Shown: in pieces, positions 38,312 to 50,700 of the stretch
How positions within the stretch are numbered: position 1 is the stretch's first letter
Layout: every line of letters begins with the position of its first letter
NCBI GenBank assembly: GCA_002269645.1
Contig: NIVC01000761.1
Location: 1 to 64,000 of the forward strand
Direction of reading: 5' to 3'
Length of the DNA stretch: 64,000 nt
DNA from: Macrostomum lignano
Lineage: Eukaryota
Translations under genes and position numbers: made by a program
The notes under the pieces: generated by a model
What the model was told of the DNA's origin: nothing
Databases searched by the model: none
What the model saw: the letters and a program-made list of their open reading frames with translations, nothing else

Positions 38312-41300
38312 TTAACTACAAATATGGTCTGACTCTGAAGCCTCATTGCGGGTATTGCTTTGAGTTAAACCACTCGACACGGGCTCAAGTAGCAGTTCAG
38401 ATTCAATAATCAGATTGCGCACTTTCTCCTCCAGCCATCGAGGCACGTCGCCGAACATCCTGGAGCTTTTGATGCGAAACAGCCGAAGCAGCTCCAGATT
38501 TCTGCAGTTCGCTGAAGCCACCACCAGCTCCTGCTCATCCGCATCCTCCCTGTGCGCCACATCCTGGATCCAGTGTTGAGCACTGGAGTCTCCTGATCCT
38601 ATCAGCTCGAAGCGGAGTGCCCAAAGCAGAGCGTCAAAATTTAAAAATAAATAATTGTCGTAGTTTTTCAATTCGAGTGGAAAATACATTTCGACGATTG
38701 GTTTGCTAATTTTCAGTTGAATATTTTGCCGCTTGTCAAATCGAAAGCAGAACTTCCACGCGGAGTCTCGGCTCCTCAGGTGCCGCCACACCAAGTCCGC
38801 AGTCGCCTCACTCGCCGACCTCTCAGCGGGCCAGTCGATGCTTCTGCTCGCGCTGAACGGCCTGCAGTCGCTCACGACTTTCGCTGCAGCCTCTCGGTTG
38901 CCGAACTTCAGGCAGTTCAGCGCTCTGAGGGACTCTCTCGCCGAGCGGGCGCAGTCTGGCAGCTTGCCGATCAGCTCCGAGAGACGCTGTCGGGACTCTG
39001 AGCTTCGGTCTCCGTCTGAAACTCGAAGCAGCGACTCTCTCACGACGCTGTAAATCTCGTGGTACTCGCACACCTTCGCTGCTGACACTGGAGCTTGGTA
39101 GTCTATCATTGGCAAGATGAGGAACGGGTGGAAGTGGAAGCGGCCCGAGTCGGTGACGGGTCGCAGGCTGTGCTCGAACTCCAGCAGCAGCTCAGGCAGC
39201 CTATCGATCGCCTTTCTCACCGCATCGGCTGCCTCAGTCAACGCTCGAGTCACCTTCTCAGCCGAAGAGGTGTCCAAGCCTCTCAGGTACACAGCGGCAT
39301 CGTCAAGGAAGAAGTGGTCCATGATCCTGGCGTCAGGTCTGCCTGATCTGCAGTCGCTCTCAAGCATCTGCAGCGAGCGTCTCGTGAGGCTCACAAGATT
39401 CCGAGGGTCGTTCCACTGCTCAGCCGGTGACTGCTCGAGCATTCTTAACAAGATTGTTTTTGCGTGATAGGACCTGAAGCCGTTGTGTCGGACGGCCTTC
39501 TTCAGCAGCCACTTGAGCGTGACGAACAGCTGGCCCTGCAGAGTGCTGAGACTCCGCAGCAGCCGATTCTCCAGGAAGCTGGTGCTCACTCGGAGCTGCT
39601 GGCCTCCTTTTCCGGGAGGAGCTGCGTGCACCACGTGACAGGGCGATGAGGCAGAGGTGAGATCCTGCTCTAGCAATCGCAAAACGGACTGGGGGATGTT
39701 TGAGTCAGAGACTCGGTTCCCAAGCAGCGGCGCGATGGGCGGGTAGCGGCAGAGGCGGTGGGCGTCAACTTTATCCACGGCAGGTCGCACAGGCGAACCT
39801 CGAAATCGGACTGCTGGCCTCGATGCTGCGGGTTTGCAATACTTTGTAATTTTGTTTCTATGTACTCTTTAGAGTGGAGAGATATTTTCCCACTTGAAAT
39901 TTGGATTTAATTCCCCCAGCTGGCCACAGCTAACTTGTAAATGACGGATGATATGAAAATCGACTGTTTGACTTGGCTTTATACGGTGAGTTCAGCACTA
40001 ACCAGGTTAACGAGCTACGGTCTGCAATGCTCTATAGCTGCAATCCCTGACTGACAAGCCGACCCAGAGGTGCACACTTCGAAAGCATTCAAGGCAGGCC
40101 CTGCGTTTGTTGGGCTATCTGGACTTTGGCAACCGACCCATGACTCTGACTTTTGAGTAGGCCATGTTGATTACGGGTGATCTTGGTAAGTGTCCCAGTG
40201 CTTCTGGCTACGGCTCTGATTTTGGTTGGCTCTTGGATTTGGTGTCTACGGCTCTCACATTAGCCACCTCTGCTTTTCTTGGTTAGCCTGGGGCGTAGAC
40301 AGGATTTCTGCTTGGGTGGACATACGTCTCAGGGGGCGCTAAGCCTGCTGGAAAGGGGCGCCAAGCTGGACGGCAAGGTCACCCAGCTGCATCCGGGACG
40401 GACCTGTGTCCCCTGCTGCGAAGTCAAGCAAGTAATTAAAGTGTCCGACTTTATGTTGAATCGCTCATAGGTTCTCACCGTAGCCTTGTGTCATGATGTG
40501 TCCGTTATTATACTCCACTTTCTGATCATCAGCTACAGGGCACTCGCACAGATTCTTGAGATGGATGTCATGTCCTTGGATGATGCGCAGCACATCAATA
40601 TCGGACTCGATGCCAGTCCTGCCATCCAAACTGCTCAGGCTGTTGCCCCAGCCGTCGGTGAAACTGCCAACCACGAAAAACGCAGAGTCGTTATGCCTCT
40701 TCCTCAGGATATCCTGCAGTACATCGGCAGCAGCGCTCTGCAAGGCGGCTCTGGAGTGCACGAAGCCCGATCGTCTTAGCGCTGAGTTCAGCCGCAGACT
40801 GAGCACTGCATCATTGCTTGGAGCAGCTTTGAAACAAAAAAAGAAATTGAAACGCTTAAAAGAGTTGAAAATTGAAACGCTCAAGATTTTTTACAGGAAG
40901 GCTAATTAATCTGCTCACCTTTTGTCTTTTGCAACTGTGAGCATGACCATGCGTCACCTCTTATGGTTCGGTCCAAGACTTCAGCTGCTCGAGCGCTGCC
41001 GAACTCCCGAGCCCGATTCAATGCCAGCTGAAGTTCGTGCAGGGAGCGGTCAAGACAGGCGCATTTAAGAAGAACCTCAAGCACACCATGATGGTCATTC
41101 TGGGCTGCAATATACAGAGGCGATCTGTCATTGTTACTTTTTTGATTGACATCTGCTTGCGCATTGATGAGTGCATCAACAATCTGATAGTGGCCGTTTT
41201 GCGATGCAATGTAAACCGGTGAGCAGCCATTAACAGCCTCCCGAAGGTTGACATCGGCCTGTGCTTTGATAAGAGATTTTACAACTCTATAGTGACCATT

Positions 41301-41842
41301 TTCCGAAGCAATGTATACTACAGTGGCGACTGACCAGTCTGTCTCCGCAGATCGACATCTGCTCCTCCTTTGATGAGTAATTTGACCACCTTCCGCTGCC
41401 CGTTCTGGCATGCGATGTACAGTGGTGACTGGCCCGTATTGCGAAGAAGATCAACGCTTGCTTGAGCTGCGATTAGGGACTTAACCAGATGGTGATGACC
41501 ATTTCGCGATGCAACGTAGATTGGCGATTCCCCGCTTATTCGTTGAAGGTCGACGTTAGCTCCTGCTTCGATGAGACGTTCGACAACTTGACAATGACCA
41601 TACTGCGATCCGATGTACAGTGGCGAAGAGCCGGTGACTTTCTCTTGAAGATTGACATCAGCTCCGAATGTGATAAGCAAACTGACGATTGACTGATGAC
41701 CATTCTGCGACGCTGTCCATAGTGGTGACTCTCCGTTGTCGTTTCGGAAATTGACGCAAGCTCCACAATGTAGAAGCGATCTGACCTGTTCGAGATGACC
41801 ATCACAGGATGCAGTGAAAAGAGCTTTGCCTTCAGCTTCCAT
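38312..41842 (-). CDS. Ankyrin-repeat cGAS/Mab-21-like nucleotidyltransferase (cGLR-type); exons 41842-40919, 40826-40479, 39825-38312; frameshift/stop at ~41318
   Basis: 8 ankyrin repeats (SPLYIASxNGH..V..LI..GADVN), NTase motif [27 protein letters not shown], and Mab-21 C-lobe [38 protein letters not shown]. Phase-1 GT-AG introns join the three parts in frame. Confidence 0.88.
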
Positions 41843-42194
41843 CTACATCATCATAGTACGAGTTAAGAGTACTGAAACTTTTCTCTCCGTACAACAAATA
41901 GTGCTTGAGCATGCAGACTGTAATGCTTCAGTAATTATATGCTCTGATGTGCGAGCAAAATAGACGTTAACTCTTCTCTGCACAGTTCTCGTTTTATAAG
42001 ATGCCACTTTTTCTGCTTCAATGTACGTTGCGGACGTACAGTGCGTTTCCCTTACTTGTCTACTGTACAGCTAAGCATCCCCGTACTCTCTACACTTTAA
42101 TTCCCGCTCTGGACAGAAATCCTCGCTGTAGCCCTAATACAGCTTTTGCCCCCGGTCAGTTCAAAGAAGGAACTTGCTTAGAAATTAAGTTAAA

Positions 42195-42668
42195 GCATTA
42201 TTCTACATGATTCTGCATGATTCTGCATGATTCTGCATGATTCTGCATGATTCTGCATGATTCTGCAGGATTCTGCATGATTCTGCATAATTCTGCATGA
42301 TTCTGCATGATTCTGCAGGATTCTGCATGATTCTGCGTGATTCTGCAGGATTCTACATGATTGTGCATGATTCTGCATGATTCTACATGATTCTGCATGA
42401 TTCTGCATGATTCTGCATGATTCTGCATGATTCTGCATGATTCTGCATGATTCTGCATGATTCTGCATGATTCTGCATGATTCTGCATGATTCTACATGA
42501 TTCTGCATGATTCTTAATAAATCGTCATGATTCTACATGATTCTGCATGATTCTTAATAAATCGTCATGATTCTGCATGATTCTGCATGATTCTTAATAA
42601 ATCGTCATGATTCTGCATGATTCTTAATAAATCGTCATAATTCTGAATGATTGATTCTGCATGATTCT
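42195..42668. repeat. 10-bp satellite (TTCTGCATGA)n
   Basis: Direct reading. Confidence 0.95.
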
Positions 42669-42998
42669 GTAACCATGGTATGCAACAGGACTCAGTTTTG
42701 GAATGTTGGAAAGCACTTTTGCTTCTTCTTCTTACTGTTAGTAGGCTATGTAGTGGCATTTTAAACGTTGAAAACCTATAACTTCTGTACCATTTCGGAT
42801 AATGAATTAGATTTTTAATAAAATATATCTAACCCTCAATCTTTCAATCTGATATGGCAGTGATAAGGAATCATAAGGTAGTTGTGTATATTTCTTTGTT
42901 AGAATCAATGTAGTAAATTTCGAATTACGTCGGCAAGTAGATGTCAAAATTGAAACGCTGCGAACTCTCCGGGAAATCTCGTCAGCTTGACTAAGGCA

Positions 42999-43562
42999 TT
43001 ATGATGTTCTTATTGTCACCAAGCGAGTAACGCTCAACTCCATGGTGCCCTGCTCAGTATTGTATGTGGTGCGCGCCACGGAGATGCCTTGAATTTGCTG
43101 CTGCGACACGGGTGCTCGATAACTGGTGGTAGCTACAGTGCGCACGCAGCTCGGTCTGTAGGACTGAGTTGTTGGTTGAGCTGAATTGCTGGGTTGGCTC
43201 GAGTCTCTGTGATTTTTGCAGCAAGGACAACAACAAAGACCGCAACAGATCAGCAAGCCGATAAAGACGTGGCCTAACACTCCGAATATTATGATGTAGC
43301 CTATAACTTGGCCAGATCCTGATGCGGAGTCGGAATTATTCCTGGCTGTAGTGAGCCTCGTCTTGACAGATTTGGCCGTCGTTGTCGTCGAACTACTAGA
43401 ACTGGCAGCTGTCACGAACTTGAAATTCTCAAGTTGTTTTTCCGAATTTCGAGGATGCATCGTCGTAGCAGCCTGTTGTGACTTGGAGACGCTTATTGGC
43501 TGTCCTGTTGACGGACAGCTGAGCATCATCAGAACAAGTATTAGGCACGCGACTGTTCGGCT
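42999..43562 (-). CDS. Orphan type-I membrane protein with Cys-rich juxtamembrane segment (LICCGLCCCPCCK)
   Basis: Signal-like SRTVACLILVLMMLSCPSTG starts at acceptor CTTCAG|AGC (43562); S/T-rich stalk; TM VIGYIIIFGVLGHVFIGLLI. Confidence 0.7.
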   Translation of the reverse strand, partial: SRTVACLILVLMMLSCPSTGQPISVSKSQQAATTMHPRNSEKQLENFKFVTAASSSSSTTTTAKSVKTRLTTARNNSDSASGSGQVIGYIIIFGVLGHVFIGLLICCGLCCCPCCKNHRDSSQPSNSAQPTTQSYRPSCVRTVATTSYRAPVSQQQIQGISVARTTYNTEQGTMELSVTRLVTIRTS

Positions 43563-43679
43563 CTGAAGTGTACAAGTTGATATAGCTTAAACTTTCCTTC
43601 AAAGGTTTTCTACGAGCGTATGAAGCTATAGATGTTTCCTATTCTTCTCATACGAAGTGAGGTTTATAAGATCTAAAGG

Positions 43680-43910
43680 GCTGTAGCCTTAGTAGTGGTT
43701 CGAGCGTCGGACTCACTGAAACAATTTACGTCCTTGAGCAGGACACTTAACTGATCTGCATTGCTTCAGTTCACCCAGCTGTGAAACGGGTGCCAGCATT
43801 AGCTGGGGTAATTGAGGCTGTGTGTGGCGACCCCCACCCCCAGCATTTGGACTGAACAGCCGTACGCAGCCTTCAGATGCGGCGTGCAATAGCTGCGGTG
43901 GAGCTGTATG
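43680..43910 (+). mobile_element. tRNA-derived SINE with CORE-like central domain
   Basis: A-box-like TAGCCTTAGTAGTGG, then TCCTTGAGCAGGACACTTAAC...CTTCAGTTCACCCAGCTGTGAAACGGG, resembling the CORE consensus (CCTTGGGCAAGTCACTTAACC...CTCAGTTTCCTCATCTGTAAAATGGG) as recalled. Confidence 0.6.
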
Positions 43911-45789
43911 AATGTTTTCTAAAAAAATTTAGCTCTACTGTCAAGCTGGAAATAACATTAGCTTACTAAGGAATAAACTATGACTATAATGACATGCGGA
44001 AGTGCGAGAAGTGTGCCAAAAAAACTCACATTTTTTAATTGAAGCATCTTACGAGCTGGGCACCTGTAGAGTGTAAGAATTACAGACAATCAAATGTTTG
44101 TTTTCAGTGTTTATAAATACCGCAAGCTGCTTTTTCTAGCAAAATTGACAATCAACGCGCACAGGTGCAATACCTGATAAAGCTGAGCCGTTCGAACCAG
44201 GACTCTGCAATGGGCCCGTTGCCTATAAAAGACATTGAATCAAAATACTTTGCATGGCATACACTATCTGTGTTATCTATACAACGCGGATGCTATGGTT
44301 AGTTACTGGTAAGAACTGTACACCAATGTGCAGTCTTTTTAGGACCGCGTTTCTCGGTTGCACTTTCTAAGATATCACTCTTTCGTGCAGATAGATTAAC
44401 TGTGTGGGATACTCGTAGAATAAAAGTTGCGTTTTGCATTGAAGTCGATCGAGTTGCAAACTGAAGTGGAAAAATATAAAAGCTTTTATCTTTTGTAGGA
44501 GACACCTTTTGTAGCAGAATACCTATGCATGAAAAAAAAGTATTCCATGAATTAGCTGGTTGAGTTTTCGTACGCTCGTACAGAATTGGAACATCCTGGT
44601 TCTAAACATCCTTGTTCTTGCATGTCATATCTAATACCGATAAATGAAATTTTAGACCTGAAAGGGTATATAGAACTGTCTTTTTACAAATTAAAATTCT
44701 TACACTTGATGTTACATTTTCTCTTCACAGTTTTAAGACGACTTTCTGAAAAATACTTTAAACACATGAACTCTGAAATCTATAAGAGCTTCTATGGCGA
44801 TCCATGAGAATCCGGAAGACACCCGACCGCCTGGAGATATGATTGACTATAATGCGGAGGAATGTGGCAAAGTGCCACTGGACTAGTAAGTCTGGGGGTA
44901 GCTTGGGCGCAAAGATTATACTTCGAAGTACACTCAGCAACATTGAAAAGTTTCCACCCTCGCGCCAGCCGGTATATATAGAGTTTCAGAACTGGTTTTT
45001 GTCGCCAGACTTGTGCCGTAGACGATTGATGATTTCGTCAACATGCACTTGGGCCATAGACAAAAACTTGGGTCCTAGACGCCAGACAGGTCGAAGGAAA
45101 CAGTCACATGGAACAGACAGCAGCAGCTTACTGAGTCTAAAATCCACGTTCGCTACCGGACGCGCAAAATCAACTACTAAACTCAATTTCGTCAGTAGTC
45201 TCTGCAGTGCATGCATCATTCTTAGTTTGATTGAGTAGTTTTTTATTAAATTCCTGAGAAGTTCTATTGAATTCTCAAAAAATAGCGTCTATGTCCCTAA
45301 GCTACTGAACTCAAATTTATAAGTAACCCATGTCGGCTTTTTCGCACAAGTGACAAAAAAAACAGCGGTCGCACTTTCCCAATTTACCGCAATAGTGGGG
45401 ATGATGATCAGGGAAGGCTGAGATGGTTGGTAATGAATAATCACACGTATAACGACGTACTCTGAAGTACTTATTCAGTCGTCCAATAAGTTAACGGTGT
45501 ACGTCGACAGTTATCAAAACCGCAAATTCGAAACTTTCGAAATTAAAATAAAAGGATCTTGGTCTCAATCAGAATCGTTATAAACCCAGCTGTATCGATG
45601 AAAACCAGCAAACTGCAGCGTCCAATATTTATGCATTGAAACGTGCTTTTGATGTTAAAATGTCAAATACGAACAGTTAACGGTAAGCTACGAGTAAAAC
45701 AAAACTATATGAAACAATTTGATTGTAAAAACACTATAAATAACCTCAGATAGGTTAGGCTACAGACTCTGTCTGCAGAGACTCCAGAC

Positions 45790-46374
45790 TCAGACCAGTA
45801 CAGACTCTGGAGGTTCGGGTGGTTCCGGAAAGACCAGCGGCTGATTTGTATCATTCGCGCTAGGATACAATCGGGGCTTTTGATCACGTCGATGATGCAG
45901 TACGAATATGGCAACAGCTGCTAGTAGCACAGTAGTAACAAATATGAAAAAAATCAGGTTCGCTGCATAGGAGTCCTCTGTATAAGAACTTTCAGGTGCG
46001 ACTGAATTACCAACTAAAACTGTTGATGGACTCGATAAAATTAGATACACATCGAGGCTTTCACAGAGGCAATTCGCCTCCCAGGGCTGGCACTTCCACA
46101 GCGGGGAGGTCTCAACCGTTCTCAAGAAGGCTTCAACATCAAACACAGTCGCTGGCATTGACAAATCGGTAAACTTGCAGTCTGAACAGGTGCAAGTTTT
46201 TCGATCGGTTTCCAACCAGGCCGAAATCCTCACGCTGCATTGGTGTTGGGATTGTGTTGCTATTACCCTCTTGTGCATTGATTTCTTCTGCTCAGTGGGA
46301 TAAAGCAGGCAGGCTAAGCAGATAAGCAGAGTGAAAATAAGTAGATGCCTCAGTTCCGTGTTGCGCAGTTTCAT
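45790..46374 (-). CDS. Orphan type-I membrane protein with Cys-rich ectodomain (194 aa from MKLRN)
   Basis: Signal LLIFTLLICLACLLY, ectodomain CTCSDC...KCQPWEANCLC, TM LIFFIFVTTVLLAAVAIFVL + HHRR, tail TNQPLVFPEPPEPPE. Confidence 0.72.
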   Translation of the reverse strand: MKLRNTELRHLLIFTLLICLACLLYPTEQKKSMHKRVIATQSQHQCSVRISAWLETDRKTCTCSDCKFTDLSMPATVFDVEAFLRTVETSPLWKCQPWEANCLCESLDVYLILSSPSTVLVGNSVAPESSYTEDSYAANLIFFIFVTTVLLAAVAIFVLHHRRDQKPRLYPSANDTNQPLVFPEPPEPPESVLV

Positions 46375-46519
46375 TTCTAAGGCTCTGAAGATTTCAAAAA
46401 TACATGAAGCTTTTTTATAAGCGATAAAATCTGTTTTGTACACTTAAGATTTGCTCAGGTATCCAAGCTTATAGGGAATACATGTAGCTTTATTTCAAAC
46501 AGATCATGTGGCTGAGGTC

Positions 46520-47092
46520 ATATATGAGTCATTTGGAATCGCTCAGATGCTATAAGAGTCATTGGGAATCGCTCAGATGCTATAAGAGTCATTGGGAATC
46601 GCTCAGATGCTATAAGAGTCACGGGGAATCGCTCAGATGCTATAAGAGTCATTGGGAATCGCTCAGATGCTATAAGAGTCACGGGGAATCGCTCAGATGC
46701 TATAAGAGTCATTGGGAATCGCTCAGATGCTGTAAGGGTCATCGGGAATCGCTCAGATGCTATAAGAGTCATCGGGAATCGCTCAGATGCTATAAGAGTC
46801 ATTGGGAATCGCTCAGATGCTGTAAGAGTCATCGGGAATCGCTCAGATGCTATAAGAGTCATCGGGAATCGCTCAGATGCTGTAAGAGTCATCGGGAATC
46901 GCTCAGATGCTATAAGAGTCATCGGGAATCGCTCAGATGCTATAAGAGTCATCGGGAATCGCTCAGATGCTATAAGAGTCATCGGGAATCGCTCAGATGC
47001 TGTAAGAGTCATCGGGAATCGCTCAGATGCTATAAGAGTCATCGGGAATCGCTCAGATGCTATAAGAGTCATTGGGAATCGCTCAGATGCTT
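46520..47092. repeat. 30-bp minisatellite (GAGTCATCGGGAATCGCTCAGATGCTATAA)
   Basis: Direct reading, about 19 copies. Confidence 0.95.
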
Positions 47093-47388
47093 CGTGAATT
47101 AGAGACAGTAAGAATCATTCGGTATATTTACTCACCGCCGATGTACAGTGACAGCTAAAAACGATCGCATTCGCTCTCTGAGAATTGTCTAACTTAATTT
47201 TGCTTGATATTCGTTTTCTACATGCGCACAAGCGCAAAAGCAGAAGCAGACTGGGCAGAAGAAATATCGCGCAAGCCCTATTTTCATAGGCAAACTATAT
47301 GCTACATGTACAGTATTGTACACACGTAGATAATAGGTTTGAAAACCGTCAGTACACCCGCCGCGCACTGTACGCGTGCACTCGCACA

Positions 47389-47636
47389 CAGGGCGGATTT
47401 AGAGGGGGGAGCGAGGGGCCGCCCCCCCCCCCCCCAGAAACAGCTTGATGAACCATATTGCGCTCCCCACAAACCTTAAGTTTGCGCCCTTTAAACTTTA
47501 TTTTTCGCCCCCTACACAGATTGCGCCCGCCCCCCGGCCTAAGCTTAAAATTTGGCGCCCCTCATATTTATGTTGGCGCCCCAAACTTGGACCGCCCCCC
47601 CCCCTCCCCGAAAATCAACTTCTAGATCCGCCACTG
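47389..47636. mobile_element. hAT-type MITE (same family as 32626-32887, opposite orientation)
   Basis: Ends CAGGGCGGATTT...AGATCCGCCACTG; 8-bp TSD CTCGCACA at 47381-47388 and 47637-47644. Confidence 0.92.
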
Positions 47637-47702
47637 CTCGCACATGTAACCATAATGATGTGCAAAATACCGCACGGCCGTCTACCGTATTATAATTAAG
47701 CA

Positions 47703-50700
47703 CAAGGGTGTCAGTGGATGCACTGGGGTGTCAGTGGATGCATCAGGGGTGTCAGTGGATGCATCAGGGGTGTCAGTGGATGCACTGGGGTGTCAGTGGA
47801 TGCACTGGGGTGTCAGTGGATGCATCAGGGGTGTCAGTGGATACACTGGGGTGTCAGTGGATGCATCAGGGGTGTCAGTGGATGCACTGGGGTGTCAGTG
47901 GATACACTGGGGTGTCAGTGGATGCACTGGGGTGTCAGTGGATGCATCAGGGGTGTCAGTGGATACACTGGGGTGTCAGTGGAGGCATCAGGGGTGTCAG
48001 TGGATACACTGGGGTGTCAGTGGATGCACTGGGGTGTCAGTGGATGCACTGGGGTGTCAGTGGATGCATCAGGGGTGTCAGTGGATACACTGGGATGTCA
48101 GTGGATGCATCAGGGGTGTCAGTGGATGCATCAGGGGTGTCAGTGGATACACTGGGGTGTCAGTGGATGCATCAGAGGTGTCAGTGGATACACTGGGGTG
48201 TCAGTGGATGCATCAGGGGTGTCAGTGGATGCACTGGGGTGTCAGTGGATACACTGGGGTGTCAGTGGATGCACTGGGGTGTCAGTGGATGCACTGGGGT
48301 GTCAGTGGATGCATCAGGGGTGTCAGTGGATACACTGGGGTGTCAGTGGACGCATCAGGGGTGTCAGTGGATGCACTGGGGTGTCAGTGGATGCATCAGG
48401 GGTGTCAGTGGATGCATCAGGGGTGTCAGTGGATACACTGGGGTGTCAGTGGATGCATCAGAGGTGTCAGTGGATACACTGGGGTGTCAGTGGATGCATC
48501 AGAGGTGTCAGTGGATACATTGGGGTGTCAGTGGATGCATCAGGGGTGTCAGTGGAGACATCAGGGGTGTCAGTAGATGCATCAGGGGTGTCAGTGGAGA
48601 CATCAGGGGTGTCAGTGGATACACTGGGGTGTCAGTGGAGGCATCAGGGGTGTCAGTGGATACACTGGGGTGTCAGTGGAGGCATCAGGGGTGTCAGTGG
48701 ATACACTGGGGTGTCAGTGGATGCATCAGGGGTGTCAGTGGATGCATTAGGGGTGTCAGTGGATGCATCAGGGGTGTCAGTGGATGCATCAGGGGTGTCC
48801 GTGGATGCATTCAGGGCGTCAGTGGATGCATCAGGGGTGTCAGTGGATGCATTTACCCTGCAGTGGATGCATCAGGGGTGTCAGTGGATGCATTCAGGGT
48901 GTCAGTGGATGCATTCAGGGTGTCAGTGGATGCATCAGGGGTGTCAGTGGAGACATCAGGGGTGTCAGTGGATGCATCAGAGGTGTCGGTGGAGACATCA
49001 GGGGTGTCAGTGGATGCATTCAGGGTGTCAGTGGATGCATTCAGGGTGTCAGTGGATGCATCAGGGGTGTCAGTGGATGCATCAGGGGTGTCCGTGGATG
49101 CATTCAGGGCGTCAGTGGATGCATCAGGGGTGTCAGTGGAGGCATCAGGGGTGTCAGTGGAGACATCAGGGGTGTCAGTGGCTGCATCAGAGGTGTCAGT
49201 GGTGACATCAGGGGTGTCAGTGGAGACATCAGGGGTGTCAGTGGAGACATCAGGGGTGTCAGTGGATACACTGGGGTGTCAGTGGATGCATCAGGGGTGT
49301 CCGTGGATGCATTCAGGGCGTCAGTGGATGCATCAGGGGTGTCAGTGGAGGCATCAGGGGTGTCAGTGGAGACATCAGGGGTGTCAGTGGCTGCATCAGA
49401 GGTGTCAGTGGTGACATCAGGGGTGTCAGTGGAGACATCAGGGGTGTCAGTGGAGACATCAGGGGTGTCAGTGGATACACTGGGGTGTCAGTGGATGCAT
49501 CAGGGGTGTCAGTGGATGCATTAGGGGTGTCAGTGGATGCATCAGGGGTGTCAGTGGATGCATCAGGGGTGTCCGTGGATGCATTCAGGGCGTCAGTGGA
49601 TGCATCAGGGGTGTCAGTGGATGCATTCAGGGTGTCAGTGGATGCATCAGGGGTGTCAGTGGATGCATTCAGGGTGTCAGTGGATGCATTCAGGGTGTCA
49701 GTGGATGCATCAGGGGTGTCAGTGGAGACATCAGGGGTGTCAGTGGATGCATCAGAGGTGTCAGTGGAGACATCAGGGGTGTCAGTGGATGCATTCAGGG
49801 TGTCAGTGGATGCATCAGGGGTGTCAGTGGAGACATCAGGGGTGTCAGTGGATGCATCAGAGGTGTCAGTGGAGACATCAGGGGTGTCAGTGGAGACATC
49901 AGGGGTGTCAGTGGATACACTGGGGTGTCAGTGGATGCATCAGGGGTGTCAGTGGATGCATTAGGGGTGTCAGTGGATGCATCAGGGGTGTCAGTGGATG
50001 CATCAGGGGTGTCCGTGGATGCATTCAGGGCGTCAGTGGATGCATCAGGGGTGTCAGTGGATGCATTCAGGGTGTCAGTGGAGGCATCAGGGGTGTCAGT
50101 GGATACACTGGGGTGTCAGTGGAGGCATCAGGGGTGTCAGTGGATACACTGGGGTGTCAGTGGATGCATTAGGGGTGTCAGTGGATGCATCAGGGGTGTC
50201 AGTGGATGCATCAGGGGTGTCCGTGGATGCATTCAGGGCGTCAGTGGATGCATCAGGGGTGTCAGTGGATGCATTCAGGGTGTCAGTGGATGCATCAGGG
50301 GTGTCAGTGGATGCATTCAGGGTGTCAGTGGATGCATTCAGGGTGTCAGTGGATGCATCAGGGGTGTCAGTGGATGCATTCAGGGTGTCAGTGGATGCAT
50401 CAGGGGTGTCAGTGGAGACATCAGGGGTGTCAGTGGATGCATCAGAGGTGTCAGTGGAGACATCAGGGGTGTCAGTGGATGCATTCAGGGTGTCAGTGGA
50501 TGCATCAGGGGTGTCAGTGGAGACATCAGGGGTGTCAGTGGATGCATCAGAGGTGTCAGTGGAGACATCAGGGGTGTCAGTGGAGACATCAGGGGTGTCA
50601 GTGGAGACATCAGGGGTGTCAGTGGATGCATTCAGGGTGTCAGTGGATGCATTCAGGGCGTCAGTGGATGCATTCAGGGCGTCAGTGGATGTATTCAGGG

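Noticed and set aside
39960-40440. Possible extra exon or LINE fragment in cGLR intron 2
   Set aside because: The candidate frame hits a stop, direct 40479-39825 splicing already restores the NTase frame, and no TE motif was recognised.
44758-45238. Short minus-strand ORFs with faint death-domain-like words (RLARGWK, LLVQW)
   Set aside because: Needs unsupported frameshifts and the resemblance is too weak; worth an HMM search only.
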